Origin: an uncultured Mycoplasmatota bacterium
GTDB taxonomy: Bacteria > Bacillota_I > Bacilli_A > RF39 > UBA660
Assembly (NCBI GenBank): GCA_900550255.1
Contig: URQZ01000005.1
Coordinates: 8,208-72,207, forward strand
Reading direction: 5' to 3'
DNA: 64,000 nt
This document shows positions 60,565-64,000 of the stretch, one piece after another; position 1 is the stretch's first letter, and the number at the start of each line of letters is the position of its first letter. The notes under the pieces were generated by a model. The model did no database searches. It was not told the DNA's origin and saw nothing but the letters and a program-made list of their open reading frames with translations. Made by a program: the position numbers and the translations under genes.

Positions 60565-61747
60565 TGTATTTGCAGAAATGCAAAATATGGATGAAAAACA
60601 AACAATTATGTTTGTCGAAGACGATGAAAAATTTATAAGCGAAAATTTATTGAATTCAGATTTTGAATGTATTCCTGTAAGATTTACTTATAATTTAGAT
60701 TGTTTTAGTAAAGAATATGTAGAATTAACAAAAAAATTATTTACTTACTATTTTGAAGAATTAAACTCTTTCGATAATGAATGCTTAAAATTAAAAAAAC
60801 ATTTTATTCATTTTCAAAGAAATCCATTTGCTTGTTATTTACCTGCTATAGATGGGAAATATGAGGATTTGTATAAAATGTTACAAAAATTAAATGTTGA
60901 ATGCATTACTGATAAATCAATTTTCTTGAAGAAAATTAATAATTATAGCAAAATGATTTTCATAGATAATGATGGCACTTTAAAAAATAATAAAAGTGAG
61001 ATAACTGATAAGACAAAAGATATAATTAAAAAAATGGGTGAAATTGGTAACTATGTTGTCATATGTACATCAAGACCAAGATATCAGGCGTGCGAAATAA
61101 TGAAAAATTCTAATGCAAGTAATTATGTTGTTTCGTTAAATGGGTCTGATATTTATGATATGAGTGAAAATAAGGTCATATTTGAAAATTTAATAAATAA
61201 AGAAATGTTAATTAAATACATTAATTATGCATATGATAATGATTTAAGACTAGTATTGTCATCATCAGATTATGATTATGTAACAAAAGATGTTAGAAAT
61301 GATAATCAATTTTTATTGAATAAAGAAAATTTTGTTGATATTATTGATAATTTACGTATTAAACAATGTATGTTTATAGATGATAATAAAGAAAAGATTA
61401 ATGAAGTTAAGAAAAAAATAGAAGAAGAACAGTTGATTAAAATAATAGATGAAAAATCTGATAATTTATCAGGTGATGAGCAATGGATAAGTTTTTCTGA
61501 TATTAATACTTCTAAAGGTAACGCAATGAAATTTTTGGCAGATTATTTAAATATTCCATATTTTAGAACAATTGCAATTGGAAATGAAAAAAATGATTTA
61601 TCAATGTTTGAGCAAAGTGGATATAGTATTGCTGTGGAAAATGCAGATAAAATACTAAAAGAAAATGCAGATTATGTTACATTATCCAATGATGAAGATG
61701 GTGTTGCACATGTTCTTGAATTAATTTTAAAAAAAGGAAAATATTAA
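60551..61747 (+). CDS. HAD-superfamily (Cof-type) phosphatase with an about 140-aa N-terminal domain of unknown function
   Basis: HAD motif I FIDNDGTL, motif II TSRP, motif IV GNEKND. The GTG at 60551 has an AAGGAGG SD 8 nt upstream; the track start is the TTG at 60527. Confidence 0.75.
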   Translation: MEDYDVFAEMQNMDEKQTIMFVEDDEKFISENLLNSDFECIPVRFTYNLDCFSKEYVELTKKLFTYYFEELNSFDNECLKLKKHFIHFQRNPFACYLPAIDGKYEDLYKMLQKLNVECITDKSIFLKKINNYSKMIFIDNDGTLKNNKSEITDKTKDIIKKMGEIGNYVVICTSRPRYQACEIMKNSNASNYVVSLNGSDIYDMSENKVIFENLINKEMLIKYINYAYDNDLRLVLSSSDYDYVTKDVRNDNQFLLNKENFVDIIDNLRIKQCMFIDDNKEKINEVKKKIEEEQLIKIIDEKSDNLSGDEQWISFSDINTSKGNAMKFLADYLNIPYFRTIAIGNEKNDLSMFEQSGYSIAVENADKILKENADYVTLSNDEDGVAHVLELILKKGKY

Positions 61748-61934
61748 TGTTAGAAAAGGACTTTAATTAATAACCCAAAAGTTATAACTATTGAAATACC
61801 GTAATTGTAATTAGATAATAATTAGTGTATAATATAATTGTTAAATCGTTCAAATGTACAAATAATTTTATTGTAGATTTGAATATTTAATTTACATATC
61901 ATATAATCGTATCAGCAAATGGAAAAGCTGACAA

Positions 61935-61953
61935 TGTCACCCATTTGTCATCC
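61935..61953 (+). repeat. Right copy of the 18/19 direct repeat, tgtcaYccatttgtcatcc
   Basis: Matches 48616-48634. Confidence 0.75.
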
Positions 61954-61954
61954 G

Positions 61955-62138
61955 ATGATAGATAATATAAATAAGATTAATACTATAAATACTACAAATA
62001 CTACAAATAGTAAATCAGTTTTACCAAGTAATATAAGGAAATATAAATAATATTACAAATAATATAAATACCGTAAATACTAAGCAAATTTGTTCTTGTG
62101 GATCTGGTAAAAAATACAAACAATGTTGTGAAAAATAA
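61955..62138 (+). pseudogene. Disrupted small N/T-rich ORF ending in a SEC-C zinc motif (possible displaced secA 3' end)
   Basis: MIDNINKINTINTTNTTNSKSVLPSNIRKYK-stop in one frame (61955-62050). GNINNITNNINTVNTKQICSCGSGKKYKQCCEK-stop in another (62037-62138). The last 48 nt resemble the secA 3' end. Confidence 0.55.
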
Positions 62139-62149
62139 AATAATTTAGT

Positions 62150-62175
62150 AAAGTCCTGAAATATGGACTTTTTTC
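62150..62175 (+). terminator. Rho-independent terminator after the SEC-C remnant
   Basis: Stem aaagtcc/ggacttt, 8-nt loop, T run. Confidence 0.6.
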
Positions 62176-62252
62176 TATAATGAAATTAAAAATATTGGCT
62201 ATCATAGTGATAATAGCAAATATAGTGTATAATTATTGTAGGAGTTGATAAA

Positions 62253-63368
62253 ATGCAAGTACGAAATAATTATAATGAATGCTTAACAAATTTAGCTTGT
62301 TCTATAAGAAAATATTTTGATTTAGATTATAAGCATAATACGGTTGATTATATAGATAAGATATTGAAAGAAAATAAACCTAAAAATGTTGTAACAATAT
62401 TATGTGATGGAATGGGCTCTAATATAATGGATAAAATTTTATCTAAAGATTCTTTCCTTTTAAAACATAGAATAAAATCAATAACAACTGTTTTTCCAGC
62501 AACAACTGTTGCAGCTACGACATCTATGATTACAGGTTTAAACCCAGTTGAAACAGCTATGCTAGGTTGGGATATGTATTATAAAGATATTGATAAAACA
62601 ATTACAACGTTTATGAATTCTGAAAAAGGCGATGAAGAATGTACTCCATTACAAGAAGCAATTGAATATAAACATAAGCATATGATTACTAAGCCTATAA
62701 TAGAAGAAATTAATGAAAAGGGAAAAGATTCAGGATATAGTTTATTTCCGTTTGGGAAAAATTCATATACCGATATTGAAGACTTATATAATAAAATAGA
62801 AACACTATGTAATGAAGATGGAAAAAAATACATTTATGCATATGATATAGAGCCAGATCATACAATGCATGAACTTGGAACTGATGCATATGAAATAAAG
62901 AAAATTGTTGAAAATATTAATTTTAAAGTAGAAGAATTAAGTAAAAAATTAAAAGATACAATAATATTTGTTGTAGCTGATCATGGACATAAAAATGTAG
63001 AAAACATAATGCTTGAAGATTATCCTGATATAGTTGATTGTTTAGAAAGAAATACTTCAATTGAACCAAGAGCAGTAAATTTTTTCATAAAGAAAAACGA
63101 AAAACAAAAATTTGAATTATTATTTAACAAGTATTTTAGTAAAGATTTCAATTTATATACTAAAGAAGATGTTATAAATTCTAATCTATTTGGTACAGGT
63201 AAAGAAAATGAAATTTTCCGTGATATATTAGGAGATTACCTTGCAATAGCAAAAACAAATAAAACATTATTATATGGTGGTTCTAAACCATTAAAATCTC
63301 AACATGCAGGTTACACTGATGATGAAATTTATATACCTTTAATTGTAATAAATACAAATAATATATAG
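62253..63368 (+). CDS. Alkaline-phosphatase-superfamily protein (type I phosphodiesterase/nucleotide pyrophosphatase family)
   Basis: Metal and nucleophile motifs LCDGMGS...FPATTVAATTS...VADHGH. Confidence 0.7.
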   Translation: MQVRNNYNECLTNLACSIRKYFDLDYKHNTVDYIDKILKENKPKNVVTILCDGMGSNIMDKILSKDSFLLKHRIKSITTVFPATTVAATTSMITGLNPVETAMLGWDMYYKDIDKTITTFMNSEKGDEECTPLQEAIEYKHKHMITKPIIEEINEKGKDSGYSLFPFGKNSYTDIEDLYNKIETLCNEDGKKYIYAYDIEPDHTMHELGTDAYEIKKIVENINFKVEELSKKLKDTIIFVVADHGHKNVENIMLEDYPDIVDCLERNTSIEPRAVNFFIKKNEKQKFELLFNKYFSKDFNLYTKEDVINSNLFGTGKENEIFRDILGDYLAIAKTNKTLLYGGSKPLKSQHAGYTDDEIYIPLIVINTNNI

Positions 63369-63447
63369 ATGTATGTTATTAATATGTTACAAGAAAGTAT
63401 CTAGAATAAAAACAAAAAATTTCATGAATAAAGCTGGAGGTTAGTAA

Positions 63448-64000
63448 ATGATTATAAATACAGGTGTTAGAACGGATATCCCTGCTTTTTATTCTAAATG
63501 GTTTATAAATAGAATAAGACAAGGTTATGTAATGGTAAGAAATCCATATTATCCAAAAAAAGTAATTAAATATGAATTAAATCCAAATGTTGTAGATTGT
63601 ATCGATTTTTGTACCAAAAACCCAGAACCAATGTTAAAATATTTAGATGAGTTAAAAAATTATAATACCTTTTGGTATGTAACAATAACACCATATTCAA
63701 AAAATATTGAACCAAATGTTCCAAGTAAAGAAAAAGTTATAGAAAGTTTTAAGAAATTATCTCTAAAATTAAATAAAGGTTTTATTGGATGGAGATATGA
63801 TCCTATCTTTTTAACTAAAGAGTTTGATATAAACAGGCATATAAAAGAATTTGAACATATAGCTAAAAATTTAAAAGGCTATACTAATTATTGTGTTATC
63901 AGTTTCTTAGATTTGTATGAAAAAGTAAAAAGAAATGCTCCGAATTTAAAACCACCAACTAAGGAAGAACAAATTATAATAGCAAAATCATTTTTAAAAA
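63448..64000 (+). CDS. DUF1848 domain protein, 5' part (runs off the window end)
   Basis: My own translation from the ATG at 63448 (GGAGG SD) gives MIINTGVRTDIPAFYSKWFINRIRQGYVMVRNPYYP.... This matches the DUF1848 N-terminal signature RTDIPAFY..WF.NR...G. Confidence 0.6.
   Translation, partial: MIINTGVRTDIPAFYSKWFINRIRQGYVMVRNPYYPKKVIKYELNPNVVDCIDFCTKNPEPMLKYLDELKNYNTFWYVTITPYSKNIEPNVPSKEKVIESFKKLSLKLNKGFIGWRYDPIFLTKEFDINRHIKEFEHIAKNLKGYTNYCVISFLDLYEKVKRNAPNLKPPTKEEQIIIAKSFLK

Noticed and set aside
60185-60605. Two minus-strand ORFs (60185-60505 and 60384-60605) across the second Nudix gene.
   Set aside because: They are antisense to a gene with a canonical Nudix box, and the translations are low-complexity.
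61850-61882. Imperfect inverted repeat tcaaatgtacaaataa / ttattgtagatttga downstream of the HAD gene, considered as a terminator or recombination site.
   Set aside because: The stem has a mismatch and a bulge, is almost pure A/T and lacks a following T run. It cannot be distinguished from chance in this AT-rich spacer.
61979-62085. Short tandem repeats (aatactaYa units and aaataatat-like units) considered as a possible CRISPR or minisatellite array.
   Set aside because: The units are 9 bp and contiguous, with no spacers, and there are only about four copies. This is consistent with coding low-complexity N/T repeats and not with CRISPR.
1-64000. tRNA, rRNA and riboswitch/T-box elements.
   Set aside because: I saw no cloverleaf-compatible segments with T-loop GGTTCGAATCC-like motifs outside coding regions, no rRNA-like sequence, and no T-box or known riboswitch cores in the intergenic regions. 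A covariance-model scan (Infernal/Rfam, tRNAscan-SE) would be the definitive check.

Overview
AT-rich, low-GC Bacillota-type chromosomal window. It reads with the standard bacterial code: TGA is used as a stop and Trp is TGG. Almost all real genes are on the + strand. The many minus-strand ORFs in the track lie antisense inside conserved genes and are treated as spurious. 1-13.3 kb holds origin-proximal housekeeping genes: the 3' part of an AGCS symporter, ung, tilS, ftsH, parA, parB, an MscS channel, DUF951, an AbgT transporter, ychF, a BI-1 family protein, rpsF-ssb-rpsR and a LicD-family gene. 13.5-27.6 kb is a complete S10-spc-alpha ribosomal superoperon from rpsJ to rplQ. It includes secY, adk, map, infA, rpoA and an rpmJ missing from the ORF track, but no rpmD. 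27.6-32.1 kb has three genes (DUF3419-like, SDR, orphan ComGC-like pseudopilin) between rplQ and ecfA1-ecfA2-truA, and no ecfT. 32.2-41.3 kb has feoAB and a Ca-type P-type ATPase. These are followed by a 4.1 kb module (adenylate-forming ligase plus hybrid histidine kinase) bracketed by a perfect 39-bp direct repeat of the ATPase gene 3' end. 41.4-44.9 kb has an orphan AbiEi-like gene and an agr-type quorum-sensing locus in convergent layout: agrA-like and agrC-like on +, facing agrB and a 40-aa AgrD-like propeptide on -. The propeptide is not in the ORF track. 45.1-48.6 kb has csp, hpf and secA. 48.6-62.1 kb is the accessory part of the window and the best candidate for an undescribed system. 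A decayed integrase/XRE remnant sits directly after secA. It is followed by a LysR gene and a tightly coupled, uncharacterised cluster: a PLP aminotransferase, two ATP-grasp ligases, two P-loop proteins, a polar amino-acid ABC importer, a SAM methyltransferase, three Nudix genes and an extended HAD phosphatase. The region ends at a second, diverged SEC-C-motif coding remnant. 62.25-64 kb has a phosphodiesterase-family gene and a partial DUF1848 gene. I saw no rRNA, tRNA or CRISPR array.
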